This document shows, piece after piece, positions 12,820 through 25,013 of a stretch of DNA of 64,000 nt (positions are counted from its first letter, which is position 1; the number at the start of each line of letters is the position of its first letter). The DNA lies in NCBI RefSeq assembly GCF_006345805.1, contig NC_043003.1:868001-932000 (forward strand), read 5' to 3'. Source of the DNA: Octopus sinensis. Lineage: Eukaryota. Below the pieces are notes generated by a model, which saw only the letters and a list, made by a program, of their open reading frames with translations, searched no databases and was not told where the DNA came from. A program made the translations under genes and the position numbers.

Positions 12820-13213
12820 TATCTTTTGCTTGTTTTAGTCATTAGACTGCGGCCATGCTGGGGCACCGCCTTGGGGAATTTTTAATTGAAGGAAATTATC
12901 CCAGGGCTTTCTTTTCTTTGTTGAGCCTGGTATTTATTCCATCGGACTATCTTGTCGAACCGTTAAGTTACGGGGACGTTAACACACCCGCACTGGTTCT
13001 CAAGCGACGGTGAGTGACAAATACATACACAAACACACACACATACACACACACACACACATATACGATGGGCTTCTTTCAGTTTCTGTCTACTAAATCC
13101 ACTCATAAGGCTTTGGTCGGTCTGAGACACTTGCTCAAGGTGCCACACAGTGGGACTGAACCCAGGACCATGTGGTTGGGAAGCAAGTTCCTTACCACAC
13201 AGCCACACCAGCG
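12820..13213 (-). mobile_element. SINE-A full-length
   Basis: Head, CORE-like caccttgagcaagtgtc, internal (TG)n and tail all present. Confidence 0.85.
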
Positions 13214-13324
13214 CTTATATAAGTTGGCTGAGTTTTTAGTGCGTCGAACAAAATGCCTTTACATATTAAATGCTTTAATGCGTTAATGAGCTGGTGAAAT
13301 AGGGTGCGTCTAAATATTTATTCC

Positions 13325-13515
13325 ATTGTCCACAGGGGGCAAAACATAGAGGGGACAAACACAGGGATTAAGTTGATTATATCGACCCCAGTGCGTAACT
13401 GGTACTTAATTTATCGACCCCGAAAGGATGAAAGGCAAAGTCGACCTCGGCGGAATTTGAACTCAGAACGTAACGGCAGACGAAATACCGCTAAGCATCA
13501 GGCCCGGTGTGCTAA
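13325..13515 (-). mobile_element. SINE-B (tail variant Y)
   Basis: SINE-B block with cttaatccctgtgtttgtcccctctatg tail. Confidence 0.8.
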
Positions 13516-13876
13516 CGCTCCTGCCAGATCGCCACCCTCGGGTGCGTCTGAATATGGTCATGAGTCTCTTACCACTCCTGGTATCTATTTTTTATTTTCT
13601 TGTTCCTAGAAAAGAGAAAGGTGAAGTTAACCTTAACGGGATTTGAACTGTAACTCTATATTTACCAGAAAGCATTTTCTCCAACGCTCTGGCAATCTTC
13701 TGCCTCCTTTGAATCAATAAAATCGATGTGTTTGAGTAAAATGAAGGAAATACCTGACTCTCGTTTAATTGTGTCTATTATTTTCGTCTGCTATTGTCAC
13801 GAGATTGCTGTGCTTGCTTTTGAATCACATCAGCAGCATCGAGAGGAAGATTTTGATTCAGTATAAGTCTGTGCAT

Positions 13877-14150
13877 GTGGAGGCACATGGCCTAGTGGTT
13901 AGAGCAGCGGACTCGCGGTCGAGGGGTCGCGGGTTCGAATCTCAGACCGGGTGATGTGTGTGTTTATGAGCGAAACACCTAAGCTCCACGCGGCTCCGGC
14001 AGAAGGTAATGGCGAACTTCTGCTGACTCTTTTGCCACAACTTTCTCTCACTCTTTCCTCCCGCATCTTGCAGCTCACCTGCGACGGACCGCCAAGGAAA
14101 CCGGGAAACCGGCCCTTATGAGCCAGGCATGGCTCGAGAAGGAACAAACA
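13877..14150 (+). mobile_element. SINE-D with tail C
   Basis: gtggaggcacatggcctagtggttagagcagcggactcgcggtc head, ggttcgaatc B box, ccacaactttctctcactcttt body, ggaaaccggcccttatgagccagg tail. Confidence 0.8.
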
Positions 14151-14299
14151 TAGATCGTAATCAGTGAAGGCGCGTGGCTTAGTGGTTAGGGTGTTCTACT
14201 CCCCATTGTAACGGTTATAGTTTCAGTTCCCCCGACCGTGCGCTGCGTTGAGTTCTTGGGCAAGACACTTCCTTTCAGCGATGTTCTTCCCCACTCAAC

Positions 14300-14582
14300 T
14301 GTAAAACGAGTTCCATCAAGTGGGATTTGATTTTTGAACAGAGGCAAAGGTCGCAAGGGACAAAATCTAGGGAATATGGTGGTTGTGGGACCCACGAAAT
14401 GTTGTGCTTGGCCAAAAACCGCTGCAGGAGCTGTGCCTAATGGGCATATCGGTTGTCCTGGTGGAGTTGCCACTCCCTTGATGCATGTAATGCTGACGAA
14501 CTGCATCCCGCAAACGCCGCAACGGGTCCCGGCAGTACTCCTTGTTGACTGACTGACCCAGCTGGAGCATACTCATGATGAA
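14300..14582 (-). mobile_element. Mariner transposase fragment (catalytic domain)
   Basis: Across frameshifts it translates as HEYAP..QSVNKEYCRDPLRRLRDAVR..FLAKHNI..QPPYSLDFVPCD, matching mariner DD34D motifs. Confidence 0.8.
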
Positions 14583-14584
14583 CT

Positions 14585-14888
14585 GGCACTCGGTCGCTTA
14601 CGTCAATAACAGTTCCAGTTGATCAGATCAACGGAACAGCCTGCTCGTGAAACTGACCACTCCACGTGCACCCCTTCACATAGTTCTTAGAGAGATTCAG
14701 CGTGACACAGAGTGTGACAAGGCTGGCCCTTTAAAATACAGGTACAACTCATTTTGGCCAGGTGAGTGGACTGGAGCAGCGTGAAATGAAGCGTCTTGCT
14801 CAAGGACACAACGCGTAGTCAGGAATTGAACTCACGACCTTACAATCGTGAGCCGAATACCCTAACCACTAAGCCACGAGCCTTCACT
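14585..14888 (-). mobile_element. SINE-C with tail A
   Basis: Head plus gtccttgagcaagacgcttcatttcacg plus aaagggccagccttgtcacactc..gagcaggctgttccgttgatc tail. Confidence 0.85.
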
Positions 14889-14924
14889 ACATAATGAACA
14901 ATGTCCTTATATTCTTTTCTACAC

Positions 14925-15305
14925 TAGGCACAATGCCCGAAATTTTTGGAGACGTGGGGGGGGGCAGTCGATAGATCGACCCCATTACACAACTGGTACT
15001 TAATTTATCGACCCCGAAATGATGAAAGGCAAAGTCGACCTCGGTGGAAATTGAACTCAGAACGTAGCGGCAGACGAAATACCTATTTCTTTACTACCCA
15101 CAAGGGGCTACACACAGAGAGGACAAACAAGGACAGACAAACGGATTAAGTCGATTACATCGACCCAAGTGCGTAACTGGTACTTATTTAATCGATCCCG
15201 AAAGGATGAAAGGCAAACTCGACCTCGGCGGAATTTGAACTCGGAACGTAGCGGCAGACGAAAACCGCTAAGCATTTCGCCCGGTGGGCTAACGATTCTG
15301 CCCTT
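14925..15305 (-). mobile_element. Two tandem SINE-B copies (tail X, then tail Y)
   Basis: SINE-B block at about 14960-15080 and 15085-15305. Confidence 0.85.
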
Positions 15306-15385
15306 ATAATCGAAGAAAACTCTCGACACTGTTCTCACATTATTTCGACCCATTCGTCCTTTCTTCAGCCTCCGAGAGGTTGGGG

Positions 15386-15545
15386 GCACTAACGTAGCTC
15401 GCGCCGCCTGGGGTGGCCCTTCTGTTTGCCGTGCCAGACTCCACAAAAAAAAACACATATTGCCTACACCAGACCTAAAAGTAGTGCCCCTTTAAAAGTG
15501 GCACCCGGGGCGGACCGCCCCTACCGACCTCTAGCTACGCTAATG
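15386..15545. mobile_element. Short MITE
   Basis: cactaacgtagctcg ... ctagctacgctaatg imperfect TIRs, with a ggcacccggggcggaccgcccc subterminal motif. Confidence 0.5.
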
Positions 15546-15589
15546 GTTGTGGGTGGGGTTTATCCATTGCGAAGACTGAACCAAGGTTT

Positions 15590-15712
15590 CAGAGTCATTG
15601 CCAGGATCCCCGATTCCTCACCGGTTATGACTGTTTGCAAAACATTTTCGTCTTCCTCGACACAATCAAGGATTTCCTTCGCAGTTGAAACTCGATCTGG
15701 GAAGTTAACCCA
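15590..15712 (-). mobile_element. Mariner transposase fragment (first catalytic D region)
   Basis: Translates RVSTAKEILDCVEEDENVLQTVITGEES (ITGDES-like motif); collinear with 14300-14582. Confidence 0.7.
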
Positions 15713-15810
15713 GTCACAGACAAGCGGCCCTTTCAGGGTGTCGGGGAAATAGCTGTAATCTCAGTCACTTATACGCCATAGAAATTGAGATATATCTATC
15801 TTTCTCTCTA

Positions 15811-16071
<261 letters not shown>

Positions 16072-16223
16072 CGACAGGCTTTCGCACGATTTCCATCTTT
16101 CAAATTCACTCACAAGGTGTTAGTCCCGGGGCTACACTAAAAGACACTTACCCAAGTTGCCACATAGTGGGACTGAACCCGAAATCCCGTGATTACAAAG
16201 CGAGTGTTGTAACTAAACAGCCA
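16072..16223 (-). mobile_element. SINE-A 5' half
   Basis: aagacacttacccaagttgccacatagtgggactgaaccc. Confidence 0.75.
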
Positions 16224-16390
16224 TGGATGGCTTATGGAATACAAATATTAACCAAACAATCGAGAAGTCGTGTAATGGAAGCTGCAAACCAGCAACTCGG
16301 CTAAAAAGAAAATGTCATCTTCATTTGCGGATCGTTAACTCATTAATAATCAACGATCATATTCCTTATAGAGCCAACGTCCATCACTCA

Positions 16391-16431
<41 letters not shown>

Positions 16432-16844
16432 TGTGTGTATGTGTGTGAGAGTGTATGTGTGTATGTATGGGTATATGAATGGCTGCATATTATATTTATT
16501 CCATTAGTTCTCTTCCTCGAAAGAAGGAATTACTTTCTAACAAAGAAACAAAGCTTCACGGCTGGAATTTTGGTTCCAGCCACGATTTAATATTTGTTGG
16601 TATAAATGTGAATTTATTAATATCATCAGTGGTTCTCAACCGAGGTCCATATAGGTTTTAGTGGGTCCTATATAAGATTTTGTCGTTAAAGTGTCATCAT
16701 CATCATTGTTCGACCGTGCTCGAAACAATGGAATTTACTATGCTACGCCAGATTTACGGTCCGTTAAAGTTTACTTGCAAGAAATTGGTTATATTTCTAC
16801 AATGCACAAAATATTTTAACAATTTTTTAAGTACACTTTTCTGT

Positions 16845-17235
<391 letters not shown>

Positions 17236-17256
17236 AATAGTAATAGTAATAATGAC

Positions 17257-17317
<61 letters not shown>

Positions 17318-17465
17318 TCGAAAAATACCTTAGGATTGAGAACCCAGGTTCAAAATTTCCCCAAGACACCTGATGAAGGCTGGAGGGTATATCAGTCGAA
17401 ACATTGTATTAACAACAAACAAGATGAGGACAAATATACACCAAGTGTAAATAATGTAAATTTTT
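17236..17465 (+). mobile_element. Headless copy of the same element, inverted relative to 16845-17235
   Basis: (AAT)n followed by catcgaaaaataccttagg..cctgatgaaggctggagggtatatcagtcgaaacattg; hammerhead 17365-17410 has stem I/III mismatches. Confidence 0.8.
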
Positions 17466-17749
17466 AAAATACAATTTCTAATGATACTTAATTATACTTA
17501 ATTATAAAAATATAATTGAATTTTAAACATCAGTTGGCTATGAGGATCCAGTTGAGTAGAATAAGATGTAAAGGGGTTCCATACGTAGGAAAATGGTTGA
17601 AAACCACCAGGTTAGAGGGGGTGCAAGTTTCGAAGCCGTTGTCCTAAAAATATTTTGGAATAAATGTTCACATCTACAGCGCAGCTGACCCCTATAGTTA
17701 TACTTTGTTTTCGTTTCTGTCCCAAATAACTATATCAGACTTTAAAAAT

Positions 17750-18840
17750 TACCATTTTTAAATCTCACAACGAGAGATATTCAGCAGCAGTACTTTGGAG
17801 TAAAGGTTATTTGTCAACATAACATGGAAGTCATGGTTTAGGACGAAAGTTGCTGTAATTTAGCCCCAGGAGACATCGTCTCCTAGGGCTTAATTTCAAC
17901 AATAATTTCGAACAAGGGAATCTAGCACCCCCACTCAGCTCAAAACAATATCTGTGTATCTAACCGAACAATTATTCTGTGCTGATGAAGAGAAATAACC
18001 CGGAAATCACGATACACAGATATTGTTTTGAGCTGAGTGGGGGTGCTAGATTTTCTTGTTCGAAAATATAAGGACACAGATCGTGTCGTACAGCCAGCTG
18101 GAGACAATGTCTCATGGGGCTAAATTACAGCAACATTCGTCCTAAACCAGGACTGCCATGTTATGTTGGCAAACAATCTTTACTCCATAAACATCAATTA
18201 TGTGAATCTTCTCTGGAGGACGTTAGTAGCATATATTACCATCGATATATTACTTCCCATTGGGACATGATGTTGCTACAACATACAATGCCATTCGCAG
18301 AAAAGCCTGTCCCAGGGTAAATATAAACACCGCAGGTATTGAATATATAGGAACATTCTAATTAAAACTTCCAACAAGTACAAACATAACAAGTCTAATG
18401 TAGTTAAGATTATATGCCAACATAACATGGCAGTCCTGGCTTAGGATGAATGTTGCTGTAATTTAGCCCCAGGAGACATTGTCTCCAGTTGGCTGTACGA
18501 CACGATCTGTGTCCTTATATTTTCAAACGAGAGAATCTAGCACCCCCATTCAGCTCAAAACCACATCTGTATATTGCGATTTCTGGGTTATTTCTCTTCA
18601 TCAGCACAGAATAATTGTTCGGTTAGATACACAGATATTTTGTTTTGAGCTGAGTGGGGGTGCTAAATTCCCTTGTTCGAAATTATGACACAGATCGTGT
18701 CGTAAAGCCAGCTGGAGACGATGTCTCCTGGGGTTAAATTACAGCAACATTCATCCTAAACCAGGACTGCCATTTTATGTTGGCAAAAATCTTTACCCCA
18801 AAGTTCTGTTGTGAGATTTACAAATAGTAATTTTCAAACA
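17750..18840. repeat. Nested fold-back: two palindromes of about 430 bp, inverted to each other, with a spacer of about 210 bp
   Basis: Arms 17795-17960 vs 18011-18190 and 18425-18570 vs 18626-18800; outer ends aaaattaccatttttaaatctcacaac and gttgtgagatttacaaatagtaatttt. Confidence 0.9.
17976..18020 (+). ncRNA. Hammerhead-like motif in the palindrome loop
   Basis: UCUGUG-CUGAUGA-agagaaauaacccg-GAAA-UC(ac)GAU-A-CACAGA: 6-bp stem I and 3-bp stem III, but stem II is poor. Mirror copy on the minus strand at about 18566-18610. Confidence 0.45.
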
Positions 18841-18999
18841 TTGATTTTTATGTTCGTATCTTGGGATTTTTATTTGTCCATTGAAAATTTTATAGACGCC
18901 TTTTGCTCTTGAAGTAAAAAGCCTGATCTTCGAGATGTGACGTGACCCAACGGTCACAAGTTCAAGAGAGTCTACACTTCATATCAATATTGCTATCAA

Positions 19000-19203
19000 A
19001 TTTTCGCACAAGGCCAGCGGTTCCGAAGACGGGAGATTATCGATTACATCGATCCCAGTGCTCAACTGGTATTTATTTTATGGTCCTTGAACGGACGGAA
19101 AGCAAAGTCAACCTCTGTAGAATTTGAATGTATAGACGACGTACGAAATGCCGCCAAGAGTTTTGCCCGGCGTGCTAACGATTCTGCCAACTCGCCGCCT
19201 TAT
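19000..19203 (-). mobile_element. SINE-B
   Basis: SINE-B block ending ctgccaactcgccgcc. Confidence 0.75.
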
Positions 19204-19797
19204 GGCAGCCTTTAAAACATCAGATACTTCTGACCTCCATAAGTGACTTCGTGTAATCAAAGCAAACAGTCACAAAGTTCTACGGAGTTGTCTTATTTCA
19301 GACAGTAGAACTTTATTAAATAAAAGTTATTCAGCGCGTCCTCACACTTCTTTACTTTCCACATAACGCTTTCCAATGGCCACGTCGTTAGATTTGCAAA
19401 GATCTTGGAGGAATTGGTTCAGTCAGTTTGTGTAGAGTTAAGGTAGGTTTGGGGCTTATAGTTCTCGGCCATATTGATTTTAGATCTTTTGTTTTAATTG
19501 TTTCAGTTATTGCGGCGCGGGCGTGCCGGAGGCGCCGCCGTGAAGGGATTTAGTCGATCACTTCGAAACCGGTATTTTTTCTATCGGATCTGTTGCCAAG
19601 CTGCCAAGTCACAAGGACACAAACAAACCAACACCGGTTTGTTAGAGTGGCAACGAACATTACTTGTTACTACAACTACTAGGGTGATCTCTTCGAGAGA
19701 TTTCAGAACTTGCATTTTTGGTTTTATATATATACGCCAGCTGAATTCAATTCGTCCACAGTCGAAAGACGCCTGTTGTTATGTCCTGTTATTATTA

Positions 19798-19852
<55 letters not shown>

Positions 19853-20193
19853 GTTATTTTTATTGTATTTTTGTATTTATATTCGTGTAACATCGTCTGT
19901 TTTTCCGTCCTTGTTCTCGTATACATTCGATGCTTTTTTCCAAGGTATCTAATGTTCTTAGCCTAGTTTTTCCTTGGGGCTGGCCAGATTGGAGCAATCT
20001 CAAGATTAATCAGCCGAAATTGCAAGGATGATCCGGCTCTTGACTGAAGATAAAAGGCTTCGAATGACCCGTCCTTGTTTTTTTTTGTTTTTGTATCGTC
20101 TACTGGATTTTTGTTGTCCCTTTTTTGTATCACCTTGTTGTCTGGATGTTTTGCGTTCTTGTCCCATTTTGTATTTTATATATATATATATAC

Positions 20194-20228
<35 letters not shown>

Positions 20229-20723
20229 TGTATGTATGTATGTATGTATGTATGTATGTATGTATGTATGTATGTATGTGTGTATGTATGTATACATATA
20301 TAGGTTTGGTGATGTAAGCAGGAAAATAGATCTCGAAACGTGAGTATACGTACTTTTTTTTAAATATTAATAATCGGCAGAAGTCACAGTGACTGAAGGG
20401 CCGAGAGTTTCATGCGTTGGCACTCATCAAAGTGGTTTCAAATCAGATTTGGAAAGTATGTTTGTGCGTGTGCGCTTGTGTGTGTGTGTGTGATCGTGTG
20501 TGCGTGTGTGTGTGTGTGCGTGCGTGTGTGTGTGCGTGCGTGTGTGTGTGTGTGTGTATCAGGGCCTTCATTATTTAAATGCGATATAAGGAAGATATGG
20601 CTGTTATATGTAATGGGTTAAGTCGGTCAATAAGTGATGATTAGATTAGATTGATGCGGTTAATTAAGTAATTGCAAATACTTTCGTTAATATTTGATGG
20701 GCAACACTTAATAAAATATAGTT

Positions 20724-20758
<35 letters not shown>

Positions 20759-20969
20759 AAGAAAGAGAGAGTGAGAGAGAGAGAGTCAGATCAGGTGATC
20801 TTTGCAATTAATCAAAGAAATTAAGAACAGATGAAACGCCAGAGATCATGTGGAATGGAATAGAACAAAAGAAAAAATCAAAGTTTCCAGATAGGTCAAA
20901 TATTATGTGGTGTCTCCTAGCGGACATTTCTTTAGTGTGCGTTCTACCTGGACATTCTCACTTTAGCGA

Positions 20970-21260
20970 GCAGTCTAATCTTAACCCTAACGATAACTCT
21001 AAACTTAATCCTAACCCTGAGCCTTAACCCTAGCCCCAACCCTATACCTTACTCCTAACCCTAACTCTAACCTTAAGCCGTAACCCTAGCCTTAAATCCT
21101 AACCATAATCCTAAATCTTAAAACTTAACTCTAGCCCTAAACCCTGACCCTGGCACGCACACACACACACACGCACACACGATCACACACACACACACAA
21201 GCGCACACGCACATCATTCTAACTTTAAACCTTAACCCTAACCTTACTCCTAAATCCAGA
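20970..21260. repeat. Degenerate interstitial (CCCTAA)-like array
   Basis: Many aaccct/aacctt/aatcct/aactct hexamer variants, interrupted by a (CA)n insert at 21153-21213. Confidence 0.8.
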
Positions 21261-21486
21261 TCATGTCATTTCACAACTCAGACTAAAGTGGTACCTTCAT
21301 TTCTTCATATTTGACAGGACTAGAATTTGAAATCAAGGAATAAGTACAAAGATGCATAGAATACATAGCGTATTATATCAGATGAAGGGGATGCGGCGGA
21401 GATGAAGGAAAAATTTAGCAATATCAATGCAAGACTTAAGAGACAAATGCTTTGATACAATCCACTGCGAAAAGTACACTTCAGAA

Positions 21487-22125
21487 GTGAGCCGAAGGGA
21501 AGCTGTCCATGAAGGGGCGGGCGGAGGTAGTGAATGCGTACATCGCTTCCGTCATCTACTACCTCTTGACCATCATTCCTTGCTCTTTTTCGTGGCAGAT
21601 CAAGCCGGAGCACTTGCTCTTCTGCTTTCTGTGGAAGGGACGTTTTCCGCTGAGTGGAGGACTGGGCATGCCATGGGTAATGATTGGATAATGATGCGCA
21701 GACAGGCCCTCAGGCTGATCCATCTCTAGCATTTCCTTGACGTTGAGCAAGTGTGGTAGCCGTTCGTCAGACATGACTTTCTGCAGCTTGTCTCATTGGC
21801 GAACCTATAGTCCTGGATGAAGCTAGATCAAGAAAGGGCGCTTGGCACCTGGAATGTCGGCAAGCGCTCACAGCACCCCCAGTTGTGCAATGCGGTCGGT
21901 AGAAGTTCCATACTGGAGTTCTATACAGGATTAATGCTGGGCAACTGTGACGAGATCCTGGGAGAAAATCTGAGCGTCGAAAGAGATCAATTAGCTGGTC
22001 TTTTCAGGAGCTCTTTTGGGCCGGGGCCTATGGACAATTTCCAGAAATCCCCGGCCTAGCAGTGCCACCAGGGTGCTCTGCCGGTTCGAGACAAGCTCTA
22101 CAAGCACGGAAGTACTGTCTAACTT
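21487..22125 (+). mobile_element. Tx1/L1-like LINE ORF2 C-terminal fragment (decayed)
   Basis: SRRKLSMKGRAEVVNAYIASVIYY..LLFCFLWKG..GGLGMPW, and later QCHQGALPVRDKLYKHG (zf-RVT-like region). Confidence 0.7.
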
Positions 22126-22285
22126 CTGCAACAGCTTAACTGCATTTCGTCCGGCCTTACCTTCTGAGTTCAAATACCGCTGAGGTCCACTTTGCCTATC
22201 CTTTCGGGCTCGATAAAAGAAGTACCAGTTAGATACTGGGGTCGATGTAATCCACTCATCCCCCTCCCTCAAATTTCTGGCCTAT
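22125..22285 (+). mobile_element. SINE-B (5' truncated)
   Basis: ttctgagttcaaatacc..atcctttcgggctcgataaaagaagtaccag. Confidence 0.75.
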
Positions 22286-22514
22286 AGTGGAAAAGATTAT
22301 TATTATTATTATCATCACCTCATTCCTCCCATTACCATCATTATCCTCCCCCTCCTCCTACTACTACTGCCTCTCCTCCTCCTCCTACGCCTCCTGTCAC
22401 CCTTGTATCCCCCCTCTCCATTCTCCTCCCGCTCCGATTTCTCTTTTACTCCTTCAGTGTCGTTCTCGTTGTTAATGTCGTCAGAAAAGTTTTTTGGGTC
22501 ATTTTTCATATTGC

Positions 22515-22521
22515 TAAGAAC

Positions 22522-22552
<31 letters not shown>

Positions 22553-22611
22553 TAGTAGTAGTAGTAGTAGTAGTAGTAACAGCAATAGTAGTAGTAGTAG
22601 TTGTAGTAGCG

Positions 22612-22648
<37 letters not shown>

Positions 22649-22710
22649 TAGTAGAAGCAGCAGTAGCAGCAATAGTAGTAGTAGTAGTAGTTGTAGTAGC
22701 GGCAGCAGCC

Positions 22711-22746
<36 letters not shown>

Positions 22747-22805
22747 GTATTAGTAGTAGTAGTAGTAGTAGTAGTAGCAGTAGTAGTAGTAGTAGTAGTA
22801 GTAAG
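22515..22805. repeat. (AGT/AGC)n microsatellite with internal duplication
   Basis: Directly visible. Confidence 0.95.
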
Positions 22806-23499
22806 GAGAGTGAGTGAGGGAGGGAGGGAGCAGCGTCGGTGACCTTTGTCGACTGGTGAAACGATAGCAAGATATTTGATATTCGTCTGATATCCAATGG
22901 TGAACCGCTGTCCGTCTCTCTTCTAACCTACATCTCATTCAATATCAGGATATTGCCGACATCATATCACATTGAACTTTCAATAAAATCAGATTCTCTC
23001 GAGAACATTATTCTTATACTTGTTTTTAATGGTGTTGCTGTCGTTGTTGCTGTTACTATGGTTATTTATATTTAGTGATTGCTATTTTTTTTTTAGTCTT
23101 CCAAGGATCGCCAGAGGGCGTAGCGTCTTGAGGCACAGCAATGTGTCGGATCGCCATTCTAACAACTTTAGTTTTTATCGAAAAGTTTTCAGCCAAGTCC
23201 GGATTAAACAACCAGTGCCGGATTTACCATTTACCATTTACGCTATGGCTTAAATGGTAAATAACGAAGGTGCGTGGTTTAATGGTTAGAGTCTTGGGCT
23301 CACTATCATTAGGTCTTGGGTTCGATACTTGGGCCGGTCGGTCCTTAAGTGTCGTTAAGAATCACTTCATTTTATGCCACTCCACTATACTCAGCTTAAA
23401 ATGGGTTTAATCTTGAAACGGACGCGTTCAGGGAAAAGTCTTGTACTTTCGGCCATTATTCTTTGAAAATCCAGAGGATCTCAGGTTTCTTGGTCATCC

Positions 23500-23670
23500 G
23501 CTATTCCTGGGAGGGTAGTGGCTGTAGAATCCCCAGGCCCCTCCTCTTCCATAGGGTCCTATCAGAAGCAGCCGTCATCACTCTTTCCAACTGGACTCTC
23601 AAGCATGACCAACTAAGACTGTGGATATTATCCAACCATCTCATTTCTTGGTCTCCTGCCGGTTGGTTCG
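23500..23670 (-). mobile_element. RTE-like LINE 3' end fragment
   Basis: RRP..RWLDNIHSLSWSCLRVQLERVMTAASDRTLWKR resembles the RTE C-terminal GRPxxRWxD..AxDRxxW motif. Confidence 0.55.
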
Positions 23671-23792
23671 GCCGCTATGTAGCTGTACAACGATGGCGAA
23701 TGATGGCAACAACTCTGTTGTGGATTGGACGGTGGCACTTGTATAATAGCCAGGCGATGGCGATGGCGATGGCGGTGATCGTAGGTACATAC

Positions 23793-23902
23793 CAAGTTGC
23801 TGTTGCTTTGTGACTATTTGACGTCAGGTCAGGCTTTATTGTTGCCGGACTATGATTATTCATGTATATCCCTCCATAGCCATCCATGGTTATCCATACC
23901 AT
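23793..23902 (-). CDS. Candidate first coding exon (MVWITMDGYGGIYMNNHSPATIKPDLTSNSHKATAT, phase 2)
   Basis: Upstream in-frame stops, ATGs at 23902 and 23887 (accATGG Kozak context), donor TG|GTATGT at 23792, strong polypyrimidine acceptor ending at 23961, upstream CCAAT at about 24052. Confidence 0.4.
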
Positions 23903-24154
23903 GGGCGAAGTAGTGGAGGAGGTTGTCAATTATTAAGATGGATTCACCGTTTGATGTGTTCTGTGTGAGAAAAGCAAAAATCAAAATAAATGGCGTAGGC
24001 GTCGCTGTGTGAGTGAGACAGGCTCTCGTTTCGCCTGTTGCACAATAGATTGGCCAAGTGTTTCCTACTTGGAACGAACAATGGCTTTTCTGAGTGAATT
24101 TGGAGGACGGAAGCTGTGGGAAAGCTCGTTGTATACACACACACACACACGTAT

Positions 24155-24370
24155 ATCTGTGTGTGTATGGATGGATATGTGCCCTGTTTGTGTTTGTCCT
24201 TCACCATTGCTTGATAACTGGTGTTGGTTTGTTTACATGCCCTTAACGTAGCGGTTCGTTAAAAGAGGCCGATAGAATAAATACCAGACTTTTAAAATAA
24301 GTGGTGGGCTCAAGTTGTTCAAGGCGATGCCCCAGCATGATCGCAGTCCAATGGCTGAAACAGGTGAAAG
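24155..24370 (+). mobile_element. SINE-A 3' half
   Basis: gcggttcgttaaaagaggccgatagaataaatacc..cagcatgatcgcagtcc. Confidence 0.75.
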
Positions 24371-24792
24371 TTAAAATAATACTTATTTCTAATTTTGGCA
24401 CAATTTTGAAGGGGCAGAAAAGTGGATCTGATTGACCAGTGTTCAACTGGTGTTTATTTTGTCGACTCCTAAAGGATGAAAGGCAAACTCAACCTCATGA
24501 AATGTAGATTCCTCTGATGAGAGTTCAATAAGTTTCGAAAATCGATTGAAGCCGTTCTTCATTTCTTTTCAGTCCAGGGAGAAACAGTTCAATTTGCCCT
24601 GCTTGTCTGTCTGCCGCACAGATTTACATTATTTATGTGAACAGAGATCCCCGTTGACGGCCTCTCATATTAAATACAGTCTTAAATTCTTATAGAATAC
24701 AATTTAGTAACTCTAGTTCTCAGAAGCAACTGGATCTGTTGTGATAGAAACAGACTGGCTTCTTGTGCGTTTGGGATTGGCCAAACGATGGA

Positions 24793-25013
24793 CGAGAACG
24801 GGCTGAGAAGTTGCCGGCTTTAAGGGAGTCGTGAAAGGAGGCCCGACCTTCCGAGTTCTTTTATAAGGCCTAGAAAAAAAAAACTGATGGACCGCTACGT
24901 CTAACTCAGAAGTCTGTGAATCTGAGAGGGCAGTATGTTGAACAAAATTATAATCAATTGATTCTCCTGCATTTTCTTTTATCCCAAACCAGGAACTTTT
25001 TAGCCCCACCCCG
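24793..25013 (+). mobile_element. Mariner-derived MITE (same family as 47346-47568)
   Basis: TIR-like cgagaacgggctgagaagttgccggcttt / aaaccaggaactttttagccccaccccg followed by TA; internal transposase C-terminal remnant. Confidence 0.7.

Noticed and set aside
13877-13950. tRNA gene-like sequences (here and at other SINE heads)
   Set aside because: A/B boxes are present, but the cloverleaf is incomplete and each runs into a SINE body; these are SINE heads, not tRNA genes.
20040-20075. CTGAAGA..GAAT motif as a hammerhead
   Set aside because: Lacks GAAA and a convincing stem II.
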